Source: Candidatus Hydrogenedentota bacterium (GTDB lineage Bacteria; Hydrogenedentota; Hydrogenedentia; Hydrogenedentales; SLHB01). From it: a DNA stretch of 64,000 nt. The position numbers and the translations under genes are program-made. Positions 29,782 through 40,415 of this stretch are shown here, piece after piece; within the stretch, counting starts at the first letter, position 1, and every line of letters starts with the position of its first letter. The notes beneath the pieces were generated by a model. It saw only the letters and a program-made list of their open reading frames with translations. It did not search any database and had not been told where the DNA came from. Location: the NCBI GenBank assembly GCA_963668025.2, contig CAXXTH010000010.1:128001-192000 (forward strand). Direction: 5' to 3'.

Positions 29782-30456
29782 ATGAGACGGTATACACTGG
29801 CGTTCGCCTTAGCCTCATTCGTGGTGGTGCTGGGCTGCACGTTGCGCACGGAACACAAGATCGACGCGACCATCCGCATCGAGATCCGCCATATCCAGGA
29901 ACAGGCCAGCGACGCACTAGATTACATCGCAGGCGAAACCGATAAGGCCCCGGATATCCAGATTGCGCCGGAACCTAAAAAGGGCGCTTTTCTACTCGAA
30001 CACACCCGCATGCTGCTGTCGCCCGTGAGCACCGCCTATGCCCAGGAGAAGACGGCCAATACGGAAAAGGCCAAGGCTTGCCTCGACCGCATGCGTGAGC
30101 GGTATGCCGCCGTGCGCCAGTTGAAGGATGCGGGCTGCCTGGGCGAGACGAACCAGGGCTATCTGAAAGCGCTCGATGGGGATGCGGCCAAGAAAAGCGA
30201 AGCGGAGCGCATCGCCGCCGAAGAAAATGCGGACCGGAAAACCTACTACGGCGAGATCGTGGCCGCCAACAAAGGCGTGGATAGCATCGATAAAGTCGAG
30301 AAGGCTTATGCCCAGGCGTTCCTGAAAAAGTCGAAAGCGGGCGATCATGTGCAACTTCCCACTGATGGAGCGGATTTTGGCGCGTTCAAGGCTTCCGAAA
30401 TGGGCAAGCGCCTCGGCGATGAGGCCAAGCCCGGCGCGTGGGTCGTGTTGAAGTAA
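29782..30456 (+). CDS. Lipoprotein with YdbL/DUF1318-like domain
   Basis: Lipobox VLGC; LGETNQGYL..ENADRK..Y resembles DUF1318. Confidence 0.65.
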   Translation: MRRYTLAFALASFVVVLGCTLRTEHKIDATIRIEIRHIQEQASDALDYIAGETDKAPDIQIAPEPKKGAFLLEHTRMLLSPVSTAYAQEKTANTEKAKACLDRMRERYAAVRQLKDAGCLGETNQGYLKALDGDAAKKSEAERIAAEENADRKTYYGEIVAANKGVDSIDKVEKAYAQAFLKKSKAGDHVQLPTDGADFGAFKASEMGKRLGDEAKPGAWVVLK

Positions 30457-30468
30457 ATACAAGATAAC

Positions 30469-30607
30469 TCTGGGGAACCCTTTCTTGAAAGAAAGGGTTC
30501 CCCAGACCCCTCCCAAAGAACTTTGATTACGCTTCGCGGCAAGACAAAACGAAAAGTTTTTGGAAAGGGGTGCGGGGAGAACCTTTTTCCATAAAGGTTC
30601 TCCCCGC
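30469..30607. repeat. Double-hairpin intergenic repeat between convergent genes
   Basis: ctggggaaccctttcttgaaagaaagggttccccag-acccctccc ... ggaaggggt-like arm and gcggggagaacctttttccataaaggttctccccgc. Confidence 0.7.
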
Positions 30608-30613
30608 TTTCTC

Positions 30614-32056
30614 TTATCCTTGCCCCAGCATTTCCAGCACGGTTTTCACCATGTCCGCGCGCGCCACCGTGACCTGCCCGGCCTTGCCCGCTTCGCGGTA
30701 GGCATCGCGATCCTCGATGCCCGCGCGCTGGGCCATGCCCTCCTGCAAATCTTTGATGGACACCTGCCCGTTGGCCAGTTCGTCCTCGCCGATGATCACC
30801 GCCACGGGCACTCCGTAATGGTTGGCATGGGAGAGCTGGTTGCCCATGGACATTTTCTTCCGGCTGGCGAAAAAGGCCTCCGCGCGCAATCCAGCGGTGC
30901 GGAGTTCCGCCGTGAGACGAAGCGTTTCCGCCCGGGGAACGCGGCCCATGGTGGCCACGAGCACTTGAACACGGGGACAGGTCTTCGGCATCGCCCCCAC
31001 TTCCGCCAAGGCCGCCATCAGGCGTTCGAGCCCTACGGCCATGCCCGTCGAGGGCGTGGGCCGGTTCACAAACCGTTCGACCAGCCCATCGTAGCGCCCG
31101 CCGCCCATGACCGAGCCGAACTGGGGCGCGGCGGGGATGATCGCCTCGAATACGGGGCCGGTGTAATAATCCAGTCCGCGCGCCAGGCTCGGATCGAAAT
31201 GCGCATGCTCCTCCGAGACGCCCAGGGCGTCGAGGCATTCCGCCAGTTCGCGCATCTCGGCCACGGCGGCGCTGGTTTTCTCGCTCTCGGGCAGCGCCGC
31301 TGCCACATGCTCGACGACCTCCATCCGCGATGCGCCCGTCACGGCGATGTAGCTCAACACGTGCTCGATCTGCTCCGGCGCGAGCTGCACGCCGGGGATG
31401 GGATCGCCTGACTCGTCAATACGCCCCGGACCCAATTCGAGCCGGATGTTGTCCACGCCCACCTTGGCCAGCTTGTCGATGACGCGCAAGACATGCTTCT
31501 GGCGCTCGAGTTCGGGGATGCCGAGGCCATCGAGCAGCGCGTCGATCAGCTTGCGGTTATTGACGAGCACCGTATAGCTGGGCATGCCGATGGCGGCCAT
31601 GACAGTGCACATGACGGCGATGATCTCCGCATCCACGGCCACCGAGTCCGCGCCCGCCGCGTCGATGTCGAACTGGGTGAACTGGCGGAACCTGCCCGGA
31701 CCGGGCTTGTCGGCGCGCCACACCGGACCCATGGCATAGCGCCGGAACGGCGTTTTTAGTTGCTCGGGGTATTGCGCCAACAGCCGCGCAAACGGCACCG
31801 TGTGGTCGAAACGCAACGCGATGGCCTCGCCCTCGGGGCTTTCCAGGCGGAACAATTCCTTGTTGGTGTTTTCGCCGCCCGTGCCGAGAAGGACATCCAG
31901 GTATTCGAGGGCGGGCGTCTCGATGGGAGCGAACCCGAACCGCTGGAATACATCCTCGATGCGGCAGATGATCTCCTTACGTGCAGCCGCATCTTCCGGC
32001 ATCCAATCGGCAAAACCCTTCAATGTGCGTGGTTCAACAAGATCGTGCTTGGCCAT
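30614..32056 (-). CDS. hisS: Histidine--tRNA ligase
   Basis: LRFDHTVP, GRFRQFTQFDID, LARGLDYYTG, GGGRYDGL, GLER. Confidence 0.96.
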   Translation of the reverse strand: MAKHDLVEPRTLKGFADWMPEDAAARKEIICRIEDVFQRFGFAPIETPALEYLDVLLGTGGENTNKELFRLESPEGEAIALRFDHTVPFARLLAQYPEQLKTPFRRYAMGPVWRADKPGPGRFRQFTQFDIDAAGADSVAVDAEIIAVMCTVMAAIGMPSYTVLVNNRKLIDALLDGLGIPELERQKHVLRVIDKLAKVGVDNIRLELGPGRIDESGDPIPGVQLAPEQIEHVLSYIAVTGASRMEVVEHVAAALPESEKTSAAVAEMRELAECLDALGVSEEHAHFDPSLARGLDYYTGPVFEAIIPAAPQFGSVMGGGRYDGLVERFVNRPTPSTGMAVGLERLMAALAEVGAMPKTCPRVQVLVATMGRVPRAETLRLTAELRTAGLRAEAFFASRKKMSMGNQLSHANHYGVPVAVIIGEDELANGQVSIKDLQEGMAQRAGIEDRDAYREAGKAGQVTVARADMVKTVLEMLGQG

Positions 32057-32192
32057 GAATCTTTCCTAACGGTAACGCGCATGGGCGGGGGAAACCGTGG
32101 GAACGCCTACATTCCCATCATTACGCCCCATTATGCGCAGGCGCAACGAGTCTACCACCCACCCCGCGCAAGCCGCAAATGGGAACAATCAC

Positions 32193-32217
32193 AAAAGCGG
32201 CAGCAAGCTGCCGCACT
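32193..32217. repeat. REP-like palindrome AAAAGCGGCAGCAAGCTGCCGCACT
   Basis: Perfect GCGGCAGC-AA-GCTGCCGC hairpin in an intergenic region; single copy. Confidence 0.45.
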
Positions 32218-32373
32218 TATACCAGCCGCAAAACCATACCGGATGGCTTCATTCCCTTATTTTCCATCACCTGTATAAACTCTATTTCTGTTATTATGCA
32301 TTACGCGGGCCAGATGGCTGGTGCGGCAGTTCCACATGTAAACATATGCTCAATACCAGCGTAGGGGGAATTC

Positions 32374-32985
32374 ATGAGAATGAAGAACATTTCTATTATC
32401 CTCGCCCACCCGCATACAGGGAGTTTCAACCACGCGATTGCAAAAACGGCCGCAGCCACGCTTCGGGAGTCTGGCTATGCCGTGATCGTTCATGATCTCT
32501 ATACGGAGAAGTTTGATCCATTACTGCCATATGAAGAGAGCGTCCGCAATGTGGCGCTCCCTGAGGCCATTGCCCGACACTGCGAGGAGATCGCTGCCGC
32601 CGATGGGCTCATCGTTGTCCATCCGAACTGGTGGGGGATGCCGCCGGCGATCATGAAAGGCTGGATCGACCGGATTCTCCGCCCAGGCGTCGCCTACCAG
32701 TTTGCGGAGACAGACGCCGGGGATGGCGTCCCCGAGGGACTCCTAAAAGCGCAGGCTGCCATCGTCTTCAACACGTCCAACACCCCTGCCGTGCGTGAAC
32801 ATGAGGTCTTCGGTGACCCGCTTGAACGGATCTGGAAGGATTGCATTGTATCGTTTTGCGGGATCCCGGTATGCCATCGGCGGATGTTTTCCGTCGTGGT
32901 TGCCAGCAGCGAGGAAAAGCGAAGGGCTTGGCTTGACGAAGTGCGGGAGATCGTTCGAGACACGTTCCCCCCATTGTATGAATAA
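32374..32985 (+). CDS. NAD(P)H-dependent oxidoreductase, flavodoxin-2 family
   Basis: LAHP..SFN, DLY..FDP, PNWWGMPPAIMKGWIDR. Confidence 0.9.
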   Translation: MRMKNISIILAHPHTGSFNHAIAKTAAATLRESGYAVIVHDLYTEKFDPLLPYEESVRNVALPEAIARHCEEIAAADGLIVVHPNWWGMPPAIMKGWIDRILRPGVAYQFAETDAGDGVPEGLLKAQAAIVFNTSNTPAVREHEVFGDPLERIWKDCIVSFCGIPVCHRRMFSVVVASSEEKRRAWLDEVREIVRDTFPPLYE

Positions 32986-33150
32986 ATCGCCTGAGGCTTG
33001 CCCCCATGGTTGTGGAAGATACCAAAATAGGTGGAAACCTTCCGCGCCCGCGAAAGATTAATCACTGAGCGCCATATAAATAGGATGTTTGCACGTATGT
33101 GCATACAAATACCATATGTATTCATGCCCATTCATCCCACGACACCATCT

Positions 33151-33203
33151 CCCGTGGCATGGGCGTCCCGCCCATGCGCATGGCCGGGACGGCCATGCCA
33201 CGG
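33151..33203. repeat. REP-like inverted doublet, family B
   Basis: ccgtggcatgggcgtcccgcccatg-cg-catggccgggacggccatgccacgg. Confidence 0.8.
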
Positions 33204-33309
33204 AAAATGCGTATCTCTTTTCACTTATCCGGCGATTCGGACTAATGATCCAATGGCCTAGAAGTGATTATAATCACCGAAACAGAAAAACCTTTAGGAG
33301 CGTTTGCAA

Positions 33310-34224
33310 ATGATTGCCTATCGACACCATATGCGCGCCGCCATGGCGCTTGGTTTCTTGGCGGCCTTCGTAGCGGCCCCCGCGATGGCGGAGCTAAAGG
33401 CCCAGCCAGCGAATATTCTCTTCCATGCCATGAGCGACAAAGCCGTCATTGCACTCACCGTGGATGGCGCACCGCTGCCTGCTTCAGACATCAAAGACAT
33501 CGCGTTCATCGCCAGCGGCCATGATTACCGGGAAATGATTCAAGTAGAAAAGGCGGATGGCCAGATTACCGTATCGCCTACGGATTTTCTGCAAGTGGGA
33601 AGCTATGATCTCCGCATTACAGCGGGAGCGGAAACCGTGGATGTCGTGGCGTATGCGCCCTTGACTGAGCTGCCCGGCACACTAGAAAAACAAGCACAAG
33701 AATTGGGCATCAGCGTCGACACCCTCAAAGAACGCCTGGGGCTCACCCGCCCTCTCGGAGCCGTCCAGTTGTCTTTTGAACTGCCTGCCACTTATTTTGA
33801 AGGCCAGATGCTCTCGTTGGATTTGCCATCCAGCCCTGGGCATCATATGGAATGGACCGTGAACGGCAAAGTCGTCAAAGACGGCGAAAACGCCCATAAA
33901 CTCGATTATGTGTTCGAAAAAGCAGGCCCCTATGTAGTCACATACGTGGAATACGCCGATGGCGTAGCCTATGCCTCCGCTTCCGCGGATACGGCTGTAG
34001 TGGCCCATCCCCCCATCCCGGTCGACATCAAAGCGGGCACGACGCTCAAGCTTCAGGCTCCCGAAGGGTATCCCACGGTGGAATGGCAGATCGACGACGA
34101 GATAGCCGCCACGGGCCCCCTATTCGACAAAGCCATCAAACAGCCGACGACCGTCATCTGCGTGGCGAAAAAACCGTCTGGTGAATTCATGAATACACAA
34201 TATGACATTCGCGTGACGCCATAG
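33310..34224 (+). CDS. Secreted hypothetical protein, beta-rich (Ig/PKD-like segments)
   Basis: AGGAG SD; signal peptide ending APAMA; W..(N/D)G-type strands and a F..AG.Y.V motif. Confidence 0.6.
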   Translation: MIAYRHHMRAAMALGFLAAFVAAPAMAELKAQPANILFHAMSDKAVIALTVDGAPLPASDIKDIAFIASGHDYREMIQVEKADGQITVSPTDFLQVGSYDLRITAGAETVDVVAYAPLTELPGTLEKQAQELGISVDTLKERLGLTRPLGAVQLSFELPATYFEGQMLSLDLPSSPGHHMEWTVNGKVVKDGENAHKLDYVFEKAGPYVVTYVEYADGVAYASASADTAVVAHPPIPVDIKAGTTLKLQAPEGYPTVEWQIDDEIAATGPLFDKAIKQPTTVICVAKKPSGEFMNTQYDIRVTP

Positions 34225-34253
34225 AAGCATGGCAAATCACGCCTTTTGGCAAG

Positions 34254-34640
34254 TCAGACGGTCCCCCGCGCCTTCAAAATAAACCGAATAATATCGGTCC
34301 GGCTGATCAAGCCTGCGAGTTTGCCTTCGGACAGAATAAACACCCGGCGGAAAGGATTGTCGATCAGGCATTCACAGATATCCGTGAGACTGTCATTTTC
34401 GTCGAAAGCCACCGGGTCGTGCGTCATGACTTCACTCACCGCCACGGTGATGTCATTCGGTTCATAAAGCATCTTCAGCATATCTTTTTCGGACACAACA
34501 CCCACCAGGCGCATATCATCCGAGACAACCGGCAAGCCGGAGATATTGTTGTCAAGCAGGACTTGCATGGCTTCGAGAATAGGTGTGTTTACACGGACGC
34601 TATGAACGTCCCTCGTCATAATCGATTTTGCCTTGAACAT
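34254..34640 (-). CDS. CBS-domain protein
   Basis: Two CBS repeats: IMT..ISGLPVV..LVGVVSEKD and VMT..LAGLISRTD. Confidence 0.9.
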   Translation of the reverse strand: MFKAKSIMTRDVHSVRVNTPILEAMQVLLDNNISGLPVVSDDMRLVGVVSEKDMLKMLYEPNDITVAVSEVMTHDPVAFDENDSLTDICECLIDNPFRRVFILSEGKLAGLISRTDIIRFILKARGTV

Positions 34641-34710
34641 GCTGCTCGCTCCTCCTTCCCCCCCAAGAGATCAATAGCGCCGCGCACTTCCCTCAGCTCT
34701 GATTATGATT

Positions 34711-35487
34711 CTACCATTTTTTGCGCACGGGCACTCCTGCTTGGGCTAGTTCATCTTTAATGGCTTGAATGGTGTAATGGCCTGTATGGACCATGCTGGC
34801 GATGATCGCGGCGTCCGCATGGGCTTGCTGGAACACGTCTATGAGGTGCTGGGGCGTGCCCGCGCCGCCGGACGCCACCACGGGGATGCCCACTTTCGTG
34901 GCGATAAGCCCCGTGAGCGCAAGCTCGAAGCCTTCCCGCGTGCCATCCGCATCGACGGAGTTGACGACTATTTCGCCCACGCCCAGTTCTTCCGCGCGCA
35001 GCGCCCACTCGAGGGCGTCCATGCCGGTGCGCTGGCGGAATCCGCGCGTGGTAATTTCGTAGCCGCTCGGGCATGCGGGATTATCCGTTTGGACGGGGTC
35101 CATGCCCAGCACCACATTCTGGCAGCCCAAGGCGCGCGACATGTCACGGATGATCGCGGGATTATCCACGGCAAGCGAATTGACCGACACCTTCTCGGCC
35201 CCCGCGCCGAGCACGTTATACATATCCTCGATGGTCTTGAGCCCGCCGCCCACCGCGAAGGGGATATGGATCACTTTGCCGATCTCGCGGACCATCTCGA
35301 TGTCGATAGGCCGCCCCTCCGCCGAAGCGGTGATATCATAAAACACCAGCTCATCCGCGCCGCCATCGCTGTACGCCACGGCCATTTCGATGGGATCGCC
35401 CAGATCGATGTTGTTCTGAAACTTGACGCCCTTGGTGACTTTCCGGTTGCGAATGTCCAAGCAAGGAATGATGCGTTTTGTCAGCAT
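34711..35487 (-). CDS. hisF: Imidazole glycerol phosphate synthase cyclase subunit
   Basis: MLTKRIIPCLD, DELVFYDITAS, VGGG, DADGT, ASGGAG. Confidence 0.96.
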   Translation of the reverse strand: MLTKRIIPCLDIRNRKVTKGVKFQNNIDLGDPIEMAVAYSDGGADELVFYDITASAEGRPIDIEMVREIGKVIHIPFAVGGGLKTIEDMYNVLGAGAEKVSVNSLAVDNPAIIRDMSRALGCQNVVLGMDPVQTDNPACPSGYEITTRGFRQRTGMDALEWALRAEELGVGEIVVNSVDADGTREGFELALTGLIATKVGIPVVASGGAGTPQHLIDVFQQAHADAAIIASMVHTGHYTIQAIKDELAQAGVPVRKKW

Positions 35488-36104
35488 GTTCCGTCCCATG
35501 CGCTGAAATTTCTCAGCAGGTTGAGTCCAATACGGCCCGAACGCTCCGGATGAAATTGGGTGGCCACTACATTGCGCTCTCCCACCACGGCGGCAAAGCA
35601 CGCATCCGCGTATTCCGTCTCGCCTATGGTAAGCGCGCGGTCTGCAGGTGACGGGTAGTAGCTGTGAACGAAGTAAAACTCGCTGTTATCCTCGATGCCG
35701 TCAAAAACCGGGTGATGCCGGGCCAAGCGCACGGTATTCCAGCCCATTTGAGGCACTTTGTGAAGAGGGTCCGCCGGCCGGAATCGCCGCACTTGTCCAT
35801 GCACCAGCCCAAGACAATCCACACCGCCATCTTCTTCCGAATGATCAAACAGCACCTGCATGCCCATGCAGATTCCAAGAAACGGCGTGCCACGCTTCAC
35901 AACGGCATGCAACGGCTCAACGAGCCCAAGCTCCGCTAGATTGCGCATAGACGAACCCGCCGCGCCTACGCCGGGGAAAATCACCCGGTCCGCATCCAGA
36001 ATTTGGGCGGCGTCTTGCGTGATGCAAGCGGGCGCCCCGAGAGCCTCAAGGGCAAGGCGCACGCTTACAAGATTGCCTGCACGGTAATCGACAATCGCTA
36101 TCAC
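35481..36104 (-). CDS. hisH: Imidazole glycerol phosphate synthase glutaminase subunit
   Basis: DYRAGNL, FPGVG, LGICMGMQ, YFVHSY, QFHPE. Confidence 0.96.
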   Translation of the reverse strand: MIAIVDYRAGNLVSVRLALEALGAPACITQDAAQILDADRVIFPGVGAAGSSMRNLAELGLVEPLHAVVKRGTPFLGICMGMQVLFDHSEEDGGVDCLGLVHGQVRRFRPADPLHKVPQMGWNTVRLARHHPVFDGIEDNSEFYFVHSYYPSPADRALTIGETEYADACFAAVVGERNVVATQFHPERSGRIGLNLLRNFSAWDGTC

Positions 36105-36259
36105 AAATCATCCTCCAGAAAACACCATTGGCTGATCCTAACGCATGAGCCAAGCTCGAAGCAAAGCCTCCGTCTATAGTGTTTTTATGCATGCTTTATG
36201 CGAGCAACTCAGCGGGATTTTGGCAAAATCGTAGAAGAACGATATGCAAGAAGCCGGTA

Positions 36260-36982
36260 TTACCGCGCCATTTCCTCGATAATGGCCACGCCCGAACTCG
36301 TTCCGATGCGCGACGCCCCGGCTTCAATCATCTGTAGGGCGTCCGCATACGAACGGATGCCGCCCGCGGCCTTGACTCCTAGGCGTTCGCCTACCGTGCG
36401 CCGCATCAGCTCCACATCCTCAATCGTCGCGCCGCAAGGGCCATACCCCGTGGAAGTTTTCACGAAAACCGCGCCCGCCCGCATGCTCATCTCGCATACG
36501 CTGATTTTTTCTTCCGTCGACAGGAAGCCGGTCTCGATAATGGCCTTCACCGGCGCATGGCCCGAGGCTTGGACTACGGCGGCGATCTCACGGCGCACAA
36601 AATCGGGATACCCCGACTTGATCGCGCCAATGTTGATGACCATGTCGATCTCCGTCGCGCCGCTGGCCACCGCTTCACGCGCCTCCGCGACTTTTACGGC
36701 GGCGGTATTGCCCCCAAGGGGAAAACCGACGCAGGCCCCGATACCCACACCGGAACCCGATAAGCGCTTGGCGCAAAATGAAACCCATACTGGCAAAACG
36801 GAAACCGTGATAAATCCATACCGTACGGCTTCATCGCAGAGCTGGGCGATTTCGCGCTGGGAGGCATTGGCGCGCAGATGGGTGTGTTCAATAAGCCTGG
36901 CGAATTGGGCGCGCGTCAGCGTGCTTGCCAGTTGTGCAAGTTGGGACGTATTCACTATTCCTTGTACCTCTAGGCCCGGCAA
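36260..36982 (-). CDS. deoC: Deoxyribose-phosphate aldolase
   Basis: GFPLG, EIDMVIN, KAIIET, FVKTSTG, KAAGGIR, RIGTS; exact start uncertain. Confidence 0.93.
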   Translation of the reverse strand: MPGLEVQGIVNTSQLAQLASTLTRAQFARLIEHTHLRANASQREIAQLCDEAVRYGFITVSVLPVWVSFCAKRLSGSGVGIGACVGFPLGGNTAAVKVAEAREAVASGATEIDMVINIGAIKSGYPDFVRREIAAVVQASGHAPVKAIIETGFLSTEEKISVCEMSMRAGAVFVKTSTGYGPCGATIEDVELMRRTVGERLGVKAAGGIRSYADALQMIEAGASRIGTSSGVAIIEEMAR

Positions 36983-37158
36983 TAAATATATATGGTATCA
37001 TGCCATGCACTGCAAGACAATGAATACCCTTTTTTTTGCAATGCTAAACCGCGAAGCCTTCTCAGCGTCGCATTGCGGGCCGCGTTGGAGTCACCACTCA
37101 CAAACATAAAGGGCCAGTTGCTCGCTGGCCCTTGGAGCGTTTGCATTATAAAGGCTGA

Positions 37159-38013
37159 TTATTCAGCCGTTTTTACTTCCGCTGGCGCTTTATTGATCTC
37201 CGCGAACTGCGCGCGCATATCTTCCGCGCGCTTCTCGAGCCGCGCGGCGCGTTTAACTTTGCCCAGCTTGGCATACATCGCCGCCTGGGCGCTCAGGCGA
37301 AGCGCCACATCGGGATGGGACTCGCCGACGGTCTTGTCCTGAATAAGCTCCGCTTGCTTGAGAAGCGGCTCCGCTTCGGCGGCTCGATCTTGGTTCACGT
37401 ATAACGCACCGAGATTAATCAACGTTGTGGCCAGATACGGGTGCCAGCGGCGTTGATGGCGCTGATGAAGATCGATGGCGCGCTTCAACAATTCTTCCGC
37501 TTCCACATATTCAGCGCGCTTATTGTGAATAAGCGCCATGCCGTTCAATCCCCGGCAGACTTCGATATTCTGTTGGTCGCTCTCATTGATTTTTAGGCTT
37601 CGGCGATATTCCTGCTCGGCCTTGGCGGGATCGCCTGTAACAAAATAGAGATCGCCCAGATTGTTCAGCGTGCAAGGAATCCAGCGGCTTTCTTTTCCGA
37701 GCGCTTGTTCTTTCAAGGAAAGAGCGCACAGCAGAAATTTCTCCGAACTCTCATAATCTTGCAACGCCATGCAATTCAAGCCCAAGGTATCGAGATTCGA
37801 CGCTAGGCGATGGGCTTCCGATTCATCCCGGCAGTATTCCGCTTTGGCCGTTTGCAAGATGGTATCCGCATCGCGATATTCGCCTGCCCGAAAATTATCC
37901 TGCCCTTGGTAATAATACGACACCCACAAATTCAATTCGGCTTGCGCGGTGGCGCAACACAGCACACCGCACAGCATTCCGATGGCCACCGCATGGAACG
38001 TCCGCCTGCTCAT
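37159..38013 (-). CDS. Exported tetratricopeptide-repeat protein
   Basis: Signal peptide ending AQA; repeats LNNLGDLY, LINLGALY, HPDVA. Confidence 0.85.
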   Translation of the reverse strand: MSRRTFHAVAIGMLCGVLCCATAQAELNLWVSYYYQGQDNFRAGEYRDADTILQTAKAEYCRDESEAHRLASNLDTLGLNCMALQDYESSEKFLLCALSLKEQALGKESRWIPCTLNNLGDLYFVTGDPAKAEQEYRRSLKINESDQQNIEVCRGLNGMALIHNKRAEYVEAEELLKRAIDLHQRHQRRWHPYLATTLINLGALYVNQDRAAEAEPLLKQAELIQDKTVGESHPDVALRLSAQAAMYAKLGKVKRAARLEKRAEDMRAQFAEINKAPAEVKTAE

Positions 38014-38350
38014 GCCAAGACCCCTCTCCTGTTTGCCGGCATCCCCCGGCCCAGTCCTCGATCGGCCGCCGTTCAATCGTGCAAAGCGCATGCCGCGCGA
38101 AGCGCTACGGCACCCTTTGCTTCATTGCTAATGAGCATAGCGCTTCTCGATCTCTTTGTCAACAATAAGCGCACCACAACCTTTTTGTTCACAGGACATT
38201 GGCCATTTCAACTTCAAAACTAAGAGGTAGAAAAATGTAGCGGAATAGCGGCGCTTTGTGTATACTGCGCGTGGAGTTTCGTATCAGAAACGGGGTGGCG
38301 CGCCCGCCTGTATTCAAGAGGGCGGATGCGCCAAATGTGGAGAGAGAACC

Positions 38351-38980
38351 ATGAAAGCCACGAAAACGGTGCATGGTGTTATTCTGGCGGGGATGCTGGC
38401 GGCGCTCGTGATGCTGCCTGCTTTCGCGGAGGACTGTAACGACTGCCCATCGAAGGCGAATCCCGCGGATTCCCGTTATTGCGAATGCGGCTGGGTGGCC
38501 ATCTCGGTATCCAATGACGCACCGGTGTGGTGGGGCAATCAAGGCAAAGCCTACGGCGCCTACCTGGAATTTGCTAAAGCAGAGATCCCCGAGCCGCTGC
38601 CGGACGCCGGCCTGCCGAAATTCGCACCCATCTATTTTGATCTAGACAAGTCCGTCCTGCGGCCAGATGGCGTTAAGACCGCCGAACAGGTGTTGGCTTA
38701 TCTGACGGCCCACCCCAAAAAAGTGGCCCGCATCGAGGGCAATTGCTGTGACCTTGCGCCCAATGACTACAATATGAAGCTGGGCATGCGCCGCGCCGAG
38801 GCCGTCAAAAAGTATCTCGTCGAGCATGGCATCGCCGCCGAGCGCATCCAAACCACCAGCTTCGGAGAAGAACGGCGCGTCACCACTGACCTCAAAGAAC
38901 GCCCGTTGAACCGCCGCGCGGATGTCATCGCGGAAAAAGGCGCACCTGACACAGCGCCTGAACTAGCAGAAGACGAATAG
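38351..38980 (+). CDS. OmpA/Pal-family peptidoglycan-binding protein
   Basis: Signal peptide; IYFDLDKS, IEG, YNMKLGMRRAEAV, SFGE, NRR. Confidence 0.88.
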   Translation: MKATKTVHGVILAGMLAALVMLPAFAEDCNDCPSKANPADSRYCECGWVAISVSNDAPVWWGNQGKAYGAYLEFAKAEIPEPLPDAGLPKFAPIYFDLDKSVLRPDGVKTAEQVLAYLTAHPKKVARIEGNCCDLAPNDYNMKLGMRRAEAVKKYLVEHGIAAERIQTTSFGEERRVTTDLKERPLNRRADVIAEKGAPDTAPELAEDE

Positions 38981-39116
38981 CCAGTTCTGAATTGGCCTGC
39001 ATTTTATGTGCGCTTCAGCGAAAAAGCTGAAGCGCATTTGCTTTTTAACGCAAGGATATGCACGATCAAGGGGATTCTGCTGTAGAAATCACTTAGGCAA
39101 CACGTGAGAAAAAAAG

Positions 39117-40415
39117 ATGGATTTATCCCGTTTAGCAAAAGCCCTCGATCAAGCGCGCAGTCCATCGGGTGGGCGCTTGATTCAAGCATGCCACATTGGA
39201 ACGGATGCGGCGGCCCAGCTCGCCCGATTCGCTCGAGAAAACCTAGGCTCTTCTTGTTTTATTTTGTCGGACGAGAATACGCGCGCGGCGGCGGGCGACA
39301 CCGTGCATGCCGCGCTGGGGGCCGTGGGCAAGCGCCTATCCGAACGCATGTACGGCTCCGCTCCGCTGGACGCCACGGATGTGCTGGGAAATGAAGTGGC
39401 GAAAACCGCACAGGATTCGGATTTCCTAGTGGCCATTGGCTCAGGCGCATTATGCGATCTGGCTAAATACGCGGGCGATCAATTGAAAAAACCCGTCCTG
39501 CTGTTCGCCACGGCGGCCTCGATGAACGGCTACACTTCCGGCATCGTCGCATTGAAGTCCAATGGACTAAAAGGCACCTCACCGTGCCGCCCCGCGACTG
39601 CGGTGTTCGCCGATCCCGGGCTTGTGGCTAAAGCCCCGCGCGCAATGGCTGCTGCAGGCGTCGCCGATTATCTTTCCAAGTGCTCCGCCTCGGCGGACTG
39701 GCGCGCGGCGCATTTCTTGCGCGGCGACCATTTTGATGAATCCGCGCTTCAATTCTATGAAGGCGTGCTGGACGGCATCCTGGAAGGCGCGGAAAGAGTA
39801 GGGCATGGCGAACCCGAAGCGGTGGCGGATGTGCTCGAAGCGCTCATGTTATCGGGATTATCCATGCTCATAGCAGGTTCTTCTTCCCCCGCCTCTGGCG
39901 GCGAACACCTGATCTCACATTATCTTGATATGAAATCCGCCTTATACGGCACCCCGCATGATCTGCATGGGGCCCAAGTCGGCGTCGCCACCATATACTG
40001 CCTGGATCTATGGGAGCAAGTGCTATCCCTTGATCCCATGGAGATCAATCCGCACGCTCTCGCCCATAATCACCTTTCTTTTGAAGAGATCGAGGCGCTC
40101 ATGCGCCATGAATGGGGCTCCGTGGCGGATGTGGTGCTAGACCAATGGCGCGCGAAAGAACTGAAACGGCCCGAATTAGAAGCGGAGCTCCGCCGCGTGC
40201 GGGATCATCACGCCATGCTGGTTCAACAGGTGCGCACCGAGCTCTTGTCCGCCGTCGAGGTGGCTACCACCATTTACGCGGCGGGAGGCCCCACCAGCGC
40301 CCGGGAACTCGCGGCTTCTTTAGAAGATTATAGTAATGCGATGCGCTTCGGGCGCTTTATTCGCAACCGCTTCACTATCTTGGATTTGGCTGCGGAGTTG
40401 GGACTCACTTCATGA
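39117..40415 (+). CDS. sn-glycerol-1-phosphate dehydrogenase-like protein (AraM/EgsA family)
   Basis: GSGALCDLAKY, TAASMNGYTS, PASGGEHLISH, LHGAQVG, RNRFTILD. Confidence 0.8.
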   Translation: MDLSRLAKALDQARSPSGGRLIQACHIGTDAAAQLARFARENLGSSCFILSDENTRAAAGDTVHAALGAVGKRLSERMYGSAPLDATDVLGNEVAKTAQDSDFLVAIGSGALCDLAKYAGDQLKKPVLLFATAASMNGYTSGIVALKSNGLKGTSPCRPATAVFADPGLVAKAPRAMAAAGVADYLSKCSASADWRAAHFLRGDHFDESALQFYEGVLDGILEGAERVGHGEPEAVADVLEALMLSGLSMLIAGSSSPASGGEHLISHYLDMKSALYGTPHDLHGAQVGVATIYCLDLWEQVLSLDPMEINPHALAHNHLSFEEIEALMRHEWGSVADVVLDQWRAKELKRPELEAELRRVRDHHAMLVQQVRTELLSAVEVATTIYAAGGPTSARELAASLEDYSNAMRFGRFIRNRFTILDLAAELGLTS

